A stretch of DNA of 24,000 nucleotides from Saprospiraceae bacterium (GCA_020629035.1 JAHDEC010000002.1:103228-127227); one strand, 5' to 3'; counted from the stretch's first letter, positions 1 to 8,789 are shown. Notes: generated from the sequence alone by a model not told the origin. Numbers and translations: made by a program.

Positions 1-1
1 A

Positions 2-583
2 TATGCAGTAGGCAGAGAGATAGTGGAGGATCATATGGATGTTTGTATCGAAGCAGGAATCAATATAGAAGGCGTAAATGCCGAAGTGATGAAAGGTCAA
101 TGGGAATATCAAGTATTTGCCAAGGGAGCAAAAGAGGCTGGTGATCAGGTATGGATGGCTAGATTCCTAATGGAGAAAGTAGGAGAGGCATATGGAGTAA
201 GAATCAATCTTCACCCAAAACCAGTACATGGTGATTGGAATGGATCAGGCATGCACGCAAATTTCTCAAATACTGCACTTAGAGAGTCTGGTAAAAAAGA
301 AGTCTATGACGAAATATGCGCCAAGTTTGGTGCATCGAATAGGATTGCTGATGCAATGAGTGTTTATGGTGCTCATAATGAACAGCGATTAACTGGATTA
401 CATGAGACCCAAAGGATTGATAAATTCTCTTATGGAGTTTCAGACAGAGGAGCTTCAATTCGAATTCCAATAGCAACAGTAGAAAATGGATGGAAAGGAT
501 GGTTAGAAGATCGACGTCCGGCTTCAAACGCAGATCCTTATAAAGTAGCTGCGAATATTATCAATACGGTAAAAGATAATTAA
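2..583 (+). CDS. glnII: Glutamine synthetase type II (eukaryote-like GSII), C-terminal 193 aa; the 5' end lies outside the window
   Basis: The frame is open from nt 2 (YAVGREIVEDH...), so the GTG at 23 in the ORF track is not the true start. The translation carries GS catalytic-domain signatures typical of type II enzymes: EVMKGQWEYQV, NGSGMHANFS, DRGASIRIP, WLEDRRPASNADPY. A hairpin and T-run follow it. Confidence 0.9.
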   Translation, partial: YAVGREIVEDHMDVCIEAGINIEGVNAEVMKGQWEYQVFAKGAKEAGDQVWMARFLMEKVGEAYGVRINLHPKPVHGDWNGSGMHANFSNTALRESGKKEVYDEICAKFGASNRIADAMSVYGAHNEQRLTGLHETQRIDKFSYGVSDRGASIRIPIATVENGWKGWLEDRRPASNADPYKVAANIINTVKDN

Positions 584-589
584 ACATAG

Positions 590-620
590 GGGTGAGTCGG
601 AAGATTCACCCTTTTTTCTT
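590..620 (+). terminator. Putative intrinsic terminator of the GSII gene
   Basis: GGGTGA (590-595) pairs with TCACCC (606-611) around a 10-nt loop, followed by TTTTTTCTT (612-620). The right arm overlaps the stop codon of the convergent small gene. Confidence 0.5.
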
Positions 621-857
621 GCCTGTATCTTTAGTCCTTGCAATATAGAACATAGAGATACCTCCAAACATTAGTGCCAGCTTAAATAGGAAACTTATCA
701 CTCCTGGCCAGTTATTTGAAAAATTTAGTATAGCTAAGTTCAAGCCTACAATACTGAGTACTAAAGCTATAAATCCAATAAGAAAAAGTACAAAGCCGGT
801 AATTGTCAATAAAGTATTTGTCATTTTCACTTGTTTGGTCAAAGTATTTCTTTGCAA
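606..857 (-). CDS. Small hydrophobic membrane protein of unknown function (83 aa; 72 aa if it starts at the second Met, nt 824)
   Basis: The ORF encodes hydrophobic helices (LLTITGFVLFLIGFIALVLSIVGL, VISFLFKLALMFGGISMFYI) and a basic C-terminus (KDTGKKKG). I recognise no family. The coding call rests on ORF length and membrane-like composition only. Confidence 0.45.
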   Translation of the reverse strand: MQRNTLTKQVKMTNTLLTITGFVLFLIGFIALVLSIVGLNLAILNFSNNWPGVISFLFKLALMFGGISMFYIARTKDTGKKKG

Positions 858-889
858 TATTATACATACTTAGCTTACCTTTGTTCACA

Positions 890-1750
890 ATGTCACTAGA
901 TAAAATAAAACTTATTGAATGTCCACGCGATGCCATGCAGGGTATTCATGAGTTTATTGACACAGAAACAAAGATCAAATATATTAATCAGCTGCTTGAA
1001 GTTGGCTTTGATACCCTAGATTTTGGAAGTTTTGTTTCACCCAAAGCCATACCTCAAATGAGAGATACTAATGAGGTAATACAATCAATTAACACAAAAA
1101 CGGACACCAAACTCCTGTCAATTGTTGCTAATTTTCGAGGTGCATTGCAAGCAACTAAGTATGATGCTATCGATTGTTTAGGTTATCCATTTTCCATTTC
1201 AGAAACCTTTCAAGTTCGAAATACCAATGCAACCATAGAAGAGTCTTTAGAGCGTGTGCAGGATATTCAACTACTTTGTGAAGATACGGGCAAAGAGCTA
1301 GTGGTATATATCTCGATGGGATTTGGTAATCCTTATGGTGATCCATGGAATACTGATATTTGTATTGAGTGGGTGGAAAAGTTAGCTGAGTTAAATATCA
1401 AAATATTTTCTTTGTCCGATACGATCGGTGTTGCCACACCTGCGAGCATAAGTTATTTGTTTTCATCTTTAATTCCAGCATTTCCTAGCATTGAGTTTGG
1501 AGCCCATTTGCACACACGACCTGATGATTGGAAAGGCAAAGTCCAAGCTGCTTTTGATAATGGTTGTTTTAGATTTGATGGCACCATTAAAGGATATGGA
1601 GGCTGTCCTATGGCAAAAGATGAATTAGTAGGAAATATGCCAATGGAAAACCTTATGTATTATTTTGATAAACACCCAAAAGTCTTCCAGATTAACAACC
1701 AAGCGTTTATTAACGCTATTGGACTCGCATCAGAGACATTTCCCATTTAG
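890..1750 (+). CDS. Hydroxymethylglutaryl-CoA lyase (HMGL-like TIM-barrel family)
   Basis: From the ATG at 890 the protein reads MSLDKIKLIECPRDAMQG...FVSPKAIPQM...DTIGVATP...GAHLHTRPD...GCPMA. This is the pattern of the roughly 285-aa Bacteroidota HMG-CoA lyases. The track ORF starting at 803 adds a junk hydrophobic extension that overlaps the divergent gene. Confidence 0.85.
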   Translation: MSLDKIKLIECPRDAMQGIHEFIDTETKIKYINQLLEVGFDTLDFGSFVSPKAIPQMRDTNEVIQSINTKTDTKLLSIVANFRGALQATKYDAIDCLGYPFSISETFQVRNTNATIEESLERVQDIQLLCEDTGKELVVYISMGFGNPYGDPWNTDICIEWVEKLAELNIKIFSLSDTIGVATPASISYLFSSLIPAFPSIEFGAHLHTRPDDWKGKVQAAFDNGCFRFDGTIKGYGGCPMAKDELVGNMPMENLMYYFDKHPKVFQINNQAFINAIGLASETFPI

Positions 1751-1806
1751 AATTTAAATTTTAAGCTTCTCTCGATTACATTTTATTTATTATTGCATTA
1801 GAGAAA

Positions 1807-2328
1807 ATGATTATGTCTGTATTTAAACATAAGGACGATTTCAAGAAGCTATTTGATCAGTGGTTTAATCCATTGTGCAATTATGCTTATAGCCTTGTGC
1901 ATAATCATGTGTTAGCTAAAGATATTGTTCAAGAAGTCTTTTTGCACCTCTGGGAAAAAAGAGAAAAACTCAACATTAGTTCTGATGTTAAATCGTATTT
2001 ATTCAAATCAACTTACCACAAAACGATCGAGAAAATACGAGTTAAGAAGCTTCAGCAACGTTTGGCGAAAGAAAATTTGATGCTTTTAGAACAGGAGCGA
2101 GTAGAACAACAAGATTTTGACAGAATATCAGAGCAATACAGACTTAAAGAACGGATTAATTGTTCAATACGACAATTACCGCCGAAATGCCAGAAAGTAT
2201 TTCTCATGAGCCGTAAAAATGGCTTAACTTACGACGAGATTGCATATGATCTGGGTATTTCAAAAAAAACCGTCGAAAACCACGTGATGAAGGCATTGGA
2301 TTTTTTAAGAAAAAACCTAAAAAATTAA
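1807..2328 (+). CDS. ECF-type RNA polymerase sigma-70 factor (FecI-like, Bacteroidetes expansion type)
   Basis: It has sigma region 2 (AKDIVQEVFLHLWEKRE) and a region 4 HTH (CQKVFLMSRKNGLTYDEIAYDLGISKKTVENHVMKAL). A FecR-like gene follows immediately. Confidence 0.9.
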   Translation: MIMSVFKHKDDFKKLFDQWFNPLCNYAYSLVHNHVLAKDIVQEVFLHLWEKREKLNISSDVKSYLFKSTYHKTIEKIRVKKLQQRLAKENLMLLEQERVEQQDFDRISEQYRLKERINCSIRQLPPKCQKVFLMSRKNGLTYDEIAYDLGISKKTVENHVMKALDFLRKNLKN

Positions 2329-2331
2329 TTA

Positions 2332-3312
2332 GTGAGTAATCTAAAAGAAAATATTAAATCACTTATTGCTAGGGCTTTAAAGAACCCTTCGGATCAAGCC
2401 GAAGCTGATCAAATTGATCTTTGGTTAAAAGAGTCTGAGGAGAACATCAAGCATCTTCAGTCATATACCGATGTATGGGAAGCATCAGAAGGGATACATG
2501 ATTATAGAACTTTTGATTCCACAAAAAGTTGGGATGAAATTAATAATCAAATGGGCGAGACTAAAACATTTACACTTCGGTCTTTATTAAAGATTGCGGC
2601 AGTTGCTTTAGTCCTATTCGCTGCAGGATTTTTGATTAAGCCATATATTATGGAATCGGGTAGCCATTCAAACAATGATACAGCTACAGTATATGATGCT
2701 CCACTTCATAATAAATCACACAAACTGGCAGATAATTCACAAATCTGGCTTTCTAAAAACAGTCAATTAAAGCAAGTTTCTACTTTTGAGAGTGAGCGAG
2801 TGGTGTCTTTAGATGGGCAAGCATTTTTTGATGTAAGTCATGATCCATCAAGGAAGTTTGTGGTAAAGTCAGGAAATGAAACAATCACCGTTCTAGGTAC
2901 AGAGTTTTCAGTAATTAATGAAAACGATAGATTTGAAGTGTTTGTAAAAAGTGGAAAGGTGGCCGTGAATACTGGGAAACGCAACATTGAACTAAATCCT
3001 AATGACTGGTTAATTAAAGGAAATGGAGATTATGTGGTTTCTAAAAAGCCTGCTAAAGAAATAATAGAATGGGTTGGCACTAAGTTTAATTTTGATAATG
3101 TACCTCTAAAAACAGTGTTGGAAAATATTGCAAGTGCTTATGGCATCAACATTACAATTGAGCAAAGTGTAAATGTTTCGAATTGTAAAATAACCACAAA
3201 CATCACTGACGAAAGCATCGAGGAGGTATTCGAAGAACTCAAATTAATAGCTGGTTTAGAATATAGCATTTCCGGCAATAACTATTCTGTAAATTCTGTA
3301 CATTGTAAGTAA
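2332..3312 (+). CDS. FecR-family transmembrane anti-sigma factor / sensor
   Basis: A GTG start lies 3 nt after the sigma stop. The protein has a single TM segment (LLKIAAVALVLFAAGFLI), a FecR-like periplasmic core (SLDGQAFFDVSHDPSRKFVVKSGNETITVLGTEFSV) and a C-terminal region (FNFDNVPLKTVLENIASAYGINI) typical of Bacteroidota FecR proteins. Confidence 0.85.
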   Translation: MSNLKENIKSLIARALKNPSDQAEADQIDLWLKESEENIKHLQSYTDVWEASEGIHDYRTFDSTKSWDEINNQMGETKTFTLRSLLKIAAVALVLFAAGFLIKPYIMESGSHSNNDTATVYDAPLHNKSHKLADNSQIWLSKNSQLKQVSTFESERVVSLDGQAFFDVSHDPSRKFVVKSGNETITVLGTEFSVINENDRFEVFVKSGKVAVNTGKRNIELNPNDWLIKGNGDYVVSKKPAKEIIEWVGTKFNFDNVPLKTVLENIASAYGINITIEQSVNVSNCKITTNITDESIEEVFEELKLIAGLEYSISGNNYSVNSVHCK

Positions 3313-3321
3313 ATAGCATAA

Positions 3322-5946
3322 ATGTTTATTCGCCTAGTCACTGGAATTTGTGTGCTTCTCACGAGTACAATACTCAGTGGTCAGGACTTTTTAAATAAAA
3401 CAATATCCTTCCCAGCTGATATTAATTTACTTGAAGATTGTCTTCGCACCATCGAAGAGCAGAGTGATATTCAATTTAGTTTTTCGTCCAATTTAACTAA
3501 TCTTGATCAAGAAGTTTTTATAGAGAATAGTGAGGCAACGATTGAAGATTTTTTGAATGATATTCTCCCATTTTACAATATCAATTTTTTAGTAAAGCGG
3601 AATAAAAAGGTTCTACTATTTAAGGATACTTCTCCAATAAATAGAAACTTCAAATTCTTCGGAAAAGTCATTGATGAAGAAACGGAAGAGCCTATATCTA
3701 GCGTGCTGGTTATGGCTGGACAATACATTGATTATACAGACGAACATGGTTATTTTGCCTTTAGATTTACTGAAAAAGACGAAATGGTCAGCAGCCTTTT
3801 TTGCTCCCTAATCGGTTATGAAGATCAGAACTATCTCATCAATCCTCAATCTAATGTTATAACTGTATCCTTAAAACATTCTAATCTTCTCGATACCATA
3901 GTTATCAAACCGCTCCCTAATCCAAGAATATTTCCTCTCTTTTTACCTACAGGAACACTCATTGATGTAGACGAGATTTCGAATAATCCAGGCATCACAG
4001 GAAGAACGGATATTATCGATTGTACTAGAAGTTTGCCCAGTGTGGATTCTGGCGGAGAGGGTACGCATGGTTTATTTGTAAGAGGAGGTAGCGCAGATCA
4101 AAACCTAATACTTGTAGACAATATTGCTGTATATGAATTTAGTCATGTCGGTGGTATTAGCTCAATTTTTTTACCCGATGTAGTCCAGAATGCTAATTTT
4201 TCGAGTAGTGGTTTTTCGGCTGAATATGGGGGAAAACTTTCCTCTGTCATAGACATTAACTTGAAAGAAGGTAATAAACAAAAATTTGGAGGCAGTTTTG
4301 GTATGGGATTAGATGGCCTGAGCACTGTGTTAGAAGGTCCTATCAATAAAGGAAAAACTAGCTTTCTATTTTCAGGAAGAATTTCAACACTAGATCTTTT
4401 GACAAAACCCTTAATCTCAAACTTGCTTGATTTTGATGATAACTCGATAGGGTATTACGATGCCTATGGTAAAATTACCCACTATTTCAATCCATTTTCT
4501 AAAATTTCAGCTACAGCATATATAGGAAATGATGATATTAAACTCATATCCACAGATCGGATTCAAATGGGTAATCAAGATACGATCTTAAGTGAGCAGA
4601 ATTTTAATGACATTAAATGGGGCAACAAGCTAATTGGCCTGAATTACCATCAAATGATTCGAAATCTTCATATGGATGTTTATGCAAATTATAGCCAATA
4701 TCAATTTGCTTCTAGAGGCTCATTTGAAAGGAAATTAATTATGCCTAATGAGCAGCCAGTATTTGCTTATGATATTTTTAGTAGGTCAAAGAATGAAGAT
4801 TACACAACAAAATTGAAGTTTAAATACCCAACTCAACGGTTTGGAGAATTGCTTTTTGGTGCGGAATATAATTATCAATTATTTTCTCCTGTAATTGGGC
4901 AGAGTAATAAATTTCTAGATTTGGATCCTAGAGATATTCAAAGCCTCTCATACATCTCGAATACTTTTGCTTCGTATGTCGAGATTAAGAAGCACCTCCT
5001 AAAGATTATAACCTTTAAATCTGGGCTGAGATATGCGAGGAACTACGGTAGAAATTTTGATTATCAATTTTTGGAGCCTAGGATTTCTATTTCCTATTTA
5101 GGAGATAATTTATGGGTTGAAGCTATGGCGTCGATCATGCACCAAAATGTACATCTATTACTCAATCCAGGTGTTGGCTTACCTTCAGATTTATGGTTTC
5201 CTAGTAATGAGTTTTTAAGACCAGAGCGTGCTATGGAAATTTCCTTTTCCACGAACTTTAAATTGTCAGATAAGCAAACAGTCAGACTAAACATTTACAA
5301 TAAATTATATGAAAATTTAATCGAGTACGAGAACCCAACAGACCTATTTTATAACATAGTAAATGGTGTGCCTCCAGATACTAGTACTGTTTTAAATTTG
5401 GAAGATAAAATTGTTGTCGGCACAGGTGATTCCAGAGGTTTTGAACTTAGTTTAAATCACGAATCAACCTCCATAAATTGGGTTATAAATTATAAATTAA
5501 ATTTTTCTAATCGCCAATTTGATGCCATTGATGGCGGTGAGGAATTTCCGTTTAGGTACGATCGGAGACATGACCTGAATACAGGATTAACGTATAAAAT
5601 CAAAGCAAATCAAACCTTGAATGTAAATTGGGTGATAGGCAGTGGATATAAATATACCATTGCAGATGTAGAATACTCCTTGGGTAGTCAAACTATTAGG
5701 GAGCCTTCAAGTAGAAATAATGTAAATCTGCCTCCATTTCATCATCTTGATATTAACTACAATACCAGAAGGAGTATTGGCAAAAAAGGTATTCTAGAAT
5801 TTAATATTGGTGTTTATAATTTATATAATAATAAAAATCCTTTTTATGCCTTCGAGAGCGATAATTTGGATGATAGTGAAGAGGATGTTAGAATTATTTC
5901 AATATTTCCGATAATCCCCAATTTTAATGCTATTTATAAGTGGTAA
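3322..5946 (+). CDS. TonB-dependent outer-membrane receptor/transducer with N-terminal STN-like signalling domain, CarboxypepD_reg-like domain, plug and beta-barrel
   Basis: The 874-aa protein has a signal peptide (ICVLLTSTILSGQ). An STN-like segment follows (LEDCLRTIEEQSDIQFSFSS...EDFLNDILPFYNINFLVKRNKKVLLF). Next comes a CarboxypepD_reg-like segment (FKFFGKVIDEETEEPISSVLVMAG...TDEHGYFAF), then plug motifs (DIIDCTRSLPSVDS...GLFVRGGSADQNLILVDNIAVYE). The remainder is a long beta-rich barrel ending in an aromatic residue (AIYKW). Confidence 0.85.
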   Translation: MFIRLVTGICVLLTSTILSGQDFLNKTISFPADINLLEDCLRTIEEQSDIQFSFSSNLTNLDQEVFIENSEATIEDFLNDILPFYNINFLVKRNKKVLLFKDTSPINRNFKFFGKVIDEETEEPISSVLVMAGQYIDYTDEHGYFAFRFTEKDEMVSSLFCSLIGYEDQNYLINPQSNVITVSLKHSNLLDTIVIKPLPNPRIFPLFLPTGTLIDVDEISNNPGITGRTDIIDCTRSLPSVDSGGEGTHGLFVRGGSADQNLILVDNIAVYEFSHVGGISSIFLPDVVQNANFSSSGFSAEYGGKLSSVIDINLKEGNKQKFGGSFGMGLDGLSTVLEGPINKGKTSFLFSGRISTLDLLTKPLISNLLDFDDNSIGYYDAYGKITHYFNPFSKISATAYIGNDDIKLISTDRIQMGNQDTILSEQNFNDIKWGNKLIGLNYHQMIRNLHMDVYANYSQYQFASRGSFERKLIMPNEQPVFAYDIFSRSKNEDYTTKLKFKYPTQRFGELLFGAEYNYQLFSPVIGQSNKFLDLDPRDIQSLSYISNTFASYVEIKKHLLKIITFKSGLRYARNYGRNFDYQFLEPRISISYLGDNLWVEAMASIMHQNVHLLLNPGVGLPSDLWFPSNEFLRPERAMEISFSTNFKLSDKQTVRLNIYNKLYENLIEYENPTDLFYNIVNGVPPDTSTVLNLEDKIVVGTGDSRGFELSLNHESTSINWVINYKLNFSNRQFDAIDGGEEFPFRYDRRHDLNTGLTYKIKANQTLNVNWVIGSGYKYTIADVEYSLGSQTIREPSSRNNVNLPPFHHLDINYNTRRSIGKKGILEFNIGVYNLYNNKNPFYAFESDNLDDSEEDVRIISIFPIIPNFNAIYKW

Positions 5947-5972
5947 TTGATACTTTTTACGAAGTTTTAACG

Positions 5973-5980
5973 TATATTTA
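5973..5980 (+). promoter_or_regulatory. Possible Bacteroidota -7 promoter box (TATATTTA, one mismatch to TAnnTTTG) upstream of the DUF4249 gene
   Basis: The box lies 30 nt upstream of the TTG start at 6010. It sits inside the 11-mer AACGTATATTT (5969-5979), which recurs upstream of hppD at 7533-7543. Confidence 0.3.
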
Positions 5981-6009
5981 AAGAAGCCAAAAAAATTTAA
6001 CCTAACAGT

Positions 6010-6942
6010 TTGCAAAATCGTTATTTAAAATATCCATTTTTAATTGTTGCATTTGCAGCTATTTTAGGAAGTTGTGTTTCTTCAGTGGAAATTCCTTGCA
6101 ATGATTTTGAGGCCGAGGTTGTTATTTTTTCTGTATTCTCCCCTGATTCCACTTGGAATGTTTTAATCAATCAATCGAAATGTAGGTTTGAAGATTCAGA
6201 TGATTTGACTATTCCGAACGTAGAGGTCAGTATAAAGAATATATCTGCAAGTCCTAATTATAATGTCAATCTTGAAAATTTAGGAAAAGGTGTTTACCGA
6301 GTAAAAAGTAAAGCCATTCCTGGAAACACATATAGGATTTCTGTTGTAGCCCAGCTAAATGATGAAATAGTTTTTGCAGAATCACTAGGAAAAGTTCCAA
6401 GTGTACCGGAAACCATTGTCGAAGTAACCGAATATTTAAATGATGCTGGAATGCAATACTATGAGATTGATTTTAAATTAAAATCAAAAGAGGAGGATGA
6501 AAACTACTATTTAATGAACCTTGTAGAGCTAAATGATCAAGGCGAAATAATCGTTGACACATTAGGAAACGGAGGTAGTAACGGAGGAAGCACACCATTT
6601 GATTATGATTCAGAAGTTACTTTTAGAAATGGGAGCGATGGATTTAACTTAGAGTTCATAGATAAAGATGATTTTAGTGGAGGTGAGTACAATAATACTA
6701 TTACAACACCTGCAAGAGAAGATGAAGAAGGAGAGGGTGGCTTTGATGGTAAAAGATATGCGATGAATGTGCAATCTGTCTCTGGTGATCTTTTCCAATA
6801 TTATAAATCGATCGAAAAATATAATTCTCATCAGGGTCCTGGTTCTAGTATTTCTGTTCCACTCGAAATACACTCAAATATTAAGAATGGACTCGGAATA
6901 TTTGGTGCCTACAACCAAACGCTACATCACATCAAGCCTTAA
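6010..6942 (+). CDS. DUF4249-like outer-membrane lipoprotein (partner of the upstream TonB-dependent receptor)
   Basis: The gene has a TTG start. It has a lipoprotein signal (FLIVAFAAILGSC). The N-terminal Ig-like pattern (EVVIFSVFSPDS...GKGVYRV...PGNTYRISV...VPSVPE) and the C-terminal NGLGIFGAYN match my recollection of DUF4249 proteins, which follow TBDRs in Bacteroidota. The central segment is acidic and Gly-rich. Confidence 0.65.
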   Translation: MQNRYLKYPFLIVAFAAILGSCVSSVEIPCNDFEAEVVIFSVFSPDSTWNVLINQSKCRFEDSDDLTIPNVEVSIKNISASPNYNVNLENLGKGVYRVKSKAIPGNTYRISVVAQLNDEIVFAESLGKVPSVPETIVEVTEYLNDAGMQYYEIDFKLKSKEEDENYYLMNLVELNDQGEIIVDTLGNGGSNGGSTPFDYDSEVTFRNGSDGFNLEFIDKDDFSGGEYNNTITTPAREDEEGEGGFDGKRYAMNVQSVSGDLFQYYKSIEKYNSHQGPGSSISVPLEIHSNIKNGLGIFGAYNQTLHHIKP

Positions 6943-6966
6943 CTACAAGTTTAGATTCTTAACTAT

Positions 6967-7464
6967 ATGTCGGAAAGTTTAGCAATGATTCGTTTGTGGA
7001 ATCAGGTGAAATCTAATAGGTCACAGTTGAAAAAGGAATTAAAAAAGGCTAACTATCTGAAGAAGTCTAGGCAAAGTATTATTCATGCCGAACAAGCTCA
7101 CAAAGAAGTTTTTGATAAAATAGATTGTTTAGATTGCGCAAACTGCTGCAGTAGCATACCTCCCTTAATAACTAATACTGACAAAAAGCGAATTGCCAAA
7201 CACTTAAATCTGAAACTTAAAGATTTTGAGCAACAATACATTACACTTGACGAAGATGGTGACGAGGTATTTAATCAATCCCCATGTCACTTTTTAGGAG
7301 ATGATAACAAATGTTTCATTTATGAAGTTAGACCTAAGGCTTGCCGACAATTCCCACATACTGAGGGTCATGAGCTTTTCGAAAACTTAAATCTCTTCAA
7401 AACAAATATAAAATATTGCCCTGCTGCTTTTCATATTTTGAAAGCACTTTCAGTACATACTTAA
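6967..7464 (+). CDS. YkgJ-family (CxxCxxCC, UPF0153) cysteine-cluster protein
   Basis: It contains CLDCANCC plus the downstream Cys motifs (SPCHFL...NKCFIYEVRPKACRQFP) diagnostic of the putative Zn/Fe-chelating YkgJ family. The start may be the Met at aa 7. Confidence 0.75.
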   Translation: MSESLAMIRLWNQVKSNRSQLKKELKKANYLKKSRQSIIHAEQAHKEVFDKIDCLDCANCCSSIPPLITNTDKKRIAKHLNLKLKDFEQQYITLDEDGDEVFNQSPCHFLGDDNKCFIYEVRPKACRQFPHTEGHELFENLNLFKTNIKYCPAAFHILKALSVHT

Positions 7465-7536
7465 TGAAATTAGATAGAATCCATAATTGGAAAATTTCCA
7501 ATAACAATGCTAATCATAATAACCAATCAATAAACG

Positions 7537-7544
7537 TATATTTG
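7537..7544 (+). promoter_or_regulatory. Putative Bacteroidota -7 promoter box (TATATTTG = TAnnTTTG) for hppD
   Basis: This is a perfect match to the TAnnTTTG consensus, 37 nt upstream of the hppD ATG. I saw no clear -33 TTG element. Confidence 0.4.
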
Positions 7545-7581
7545 TGATGAAAAACATTGTAAAAAATAAGCGATATTAAAT

Positions 7582-8715
7582 ATGAATCTACAAACTCAAG
7601 AAATACCAAAAATATACAACGAAGCAGAAGATTTTATGCCAATAAATGGTACTGATTATGTGGAGTTTTATGTTAGTAATGCAAAGCAAGCTGCGCACTT
7701 TTATAAATCTGCATTTGGTTTTAAATCACATGCCTATTCTGGTTTGCAAACTGGGAATAAGCAAAATGAGTCATATGTAGTTGTCCAGGATAAAATTAAA
7801 TTAGTTTTCACTTCTCCTCTTAGAAGTAACTCAATTGTGGGGAAACACATTGATAAGCATGGTGATGGAGTTAAAGTCGTAGCTCTATGGGTAGATGATG
7901 CAACTAAGTCATACGAAACAGCTATGGAAAGAGGTGCTAAATCGTATATGGAACCTACAACTACTGAGGATAAACATGGAAAAGTTGTTCAATCTGGAAT
8001 CTATACTTATGGTGAAACAGTACATGTTTTTGTCGAACGTAAAGATTATAGAGGAGATTTCTTACCTGGATACCAAGCATGGGAGACAACTTACAATCCC
8101 GGTCCTGTAGGGCTTAAATTTGTAGACCATATGGTAGGAAATGTTGAGCTTGGTGGAATGAACAAGTGGGTTGAGTTTTATGAGAAGGTTATGGGCTTCA
8201 CCCAAATTATGTCATTTGATGATAAGGATATTTCTACAGAATACACAGCTTTGATGAGTAAGGTTATGAGTAGTGGGAATGGTAGAATAAAATTCCCAAT
8301 TAATGAGCCTGCAGCCGGCAAAAAGAAATCACAAGTAGAAGAATATTTGGAATTCTATGAAGGTGAAGGAGTTCAGCATATAGCTGTCGCAACGGATAAT
8401 ATAATAAAAACGGTTACTGAACTTAGAGATAGAGGAGTAGAGTTCCTCAGAGTACCTGACACCTACTATGATGCTGTACTTGATAGAGTAGGAACAATTG
8501 ATGAAGAGATATTAGCATTAAAAGAATTAGGAATTTTAGTGGATAGAGATGATGAAGGTTACTTACTTCAAATTTTTACAAAACCGATGAATCCTCGACC
8601 TACCATGTTTTTTGAAATTATACAACGTAAAGGTGCAACCTCTTTTGGGAAAGGAAATTTTAAGGCCCTCTTTGAAGCCATTGAGAGAGAACAAGAATTA
8701 AGAGGTACCTTGTAA
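7582..8715 (+). CDS. hppD: 4-hydroxyphenylpyruvate dioxygenase
   Basis: The 377-aa protein has two VOC/glyoxalase-like halves and typical HPPD motifs: FVDHMVGNVELG, INEPA, GVQHIAVATDNI, LLQIFTKP, FFEIIQRKG, FGKGNFKALFEAIEREQ. Confidence 0.93.
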   Translation: MNLQTQEIPKIYNEAEDFMPINGTDYVEFYVSNAKQAAHFYKSAFGFKSHAYSGLQTGNKQNESYVVVQDKIKLVFTSPLRSNSIVGKHIDKHGDGVKVVALWVDDATKSYETAMERGAKSYMEPTTTEDKHGKVVQSGIYTYGETVHVFVERKDYRGDFLPGYQAWETTYNPGPVGLKFVDHMVGNVELGGMNKWVEFYEKVMGFTQIMSFDDKDISTEYTALMSKVMSSGNGRIKFPINEPAAGKKKSQVEEYLEFYEGEGVQHIAVATDNIIKTVTELRDRGVEFLRVPDTYYDAVLDRVGTIDEEILALKELGILVDRDDEGYLLQIFTKPMNPRPTMFFEIIQRKGATSFGKGNFKALFEAIEREQELRGTL

Positions 8716-8789
8716 TTAGTCATCTAATTTTTCTAAGATTATATAAAATCATAATTAAGTCTTAATTTGAATAAAATTGAGACTTTTTT

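Noticed and set aside
2-583. The eukaryote-like type II glutamine synthetase as a possible horizontal-transfer signal.
   Set aside because: GSII genes are widespread in several bacterial phyla, including Bacteroidota. The fragment shows no compositional discontinuity with its neighbours, so nothing in the sequence supports recent transfer.
803-889. The N-terminal extension of the HMG-CoA lyase ORF (MSIKYLSFSLVWSKYFFAILYILSLPLFT), and the overlapping minus-strand ORF at 712-936.
   Set aside because: The extension overlaps the divergent small membrane-protein gene and has no counterpart in HMG-CoA lyases, which begin close to the LIECPRDAMQG block. The ATG at 890 is the sensible start. ORF 712-936 overlaps both neighbours and looks like frame noise.
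6649-6982. ORFs at 6649-6873 (minus strand) and 6767-6982 (plus strand) overlapping the 3' end of the DUF4249 gene and the start of ykgJ.
   Set aside because: They are out-of-frame overlaps with better-supported genes. Their translations are Ile/Phe/Leu-rich noise.
7464-7547. A 27-aa Asn-rich small ORF (MKLDRIHNWKISNNNANHNNQSINVYL) whose ATG overlaps the ykgJ stop codon (TAATG).
   Set aside because: Its Asn-rich composition is what AT-rich non-coding DNA yields. It runs through the predicted hppD promoter box. There is no evidence beyond the stop/start overlap, so it would need ribosome profiling to be taken seriously.
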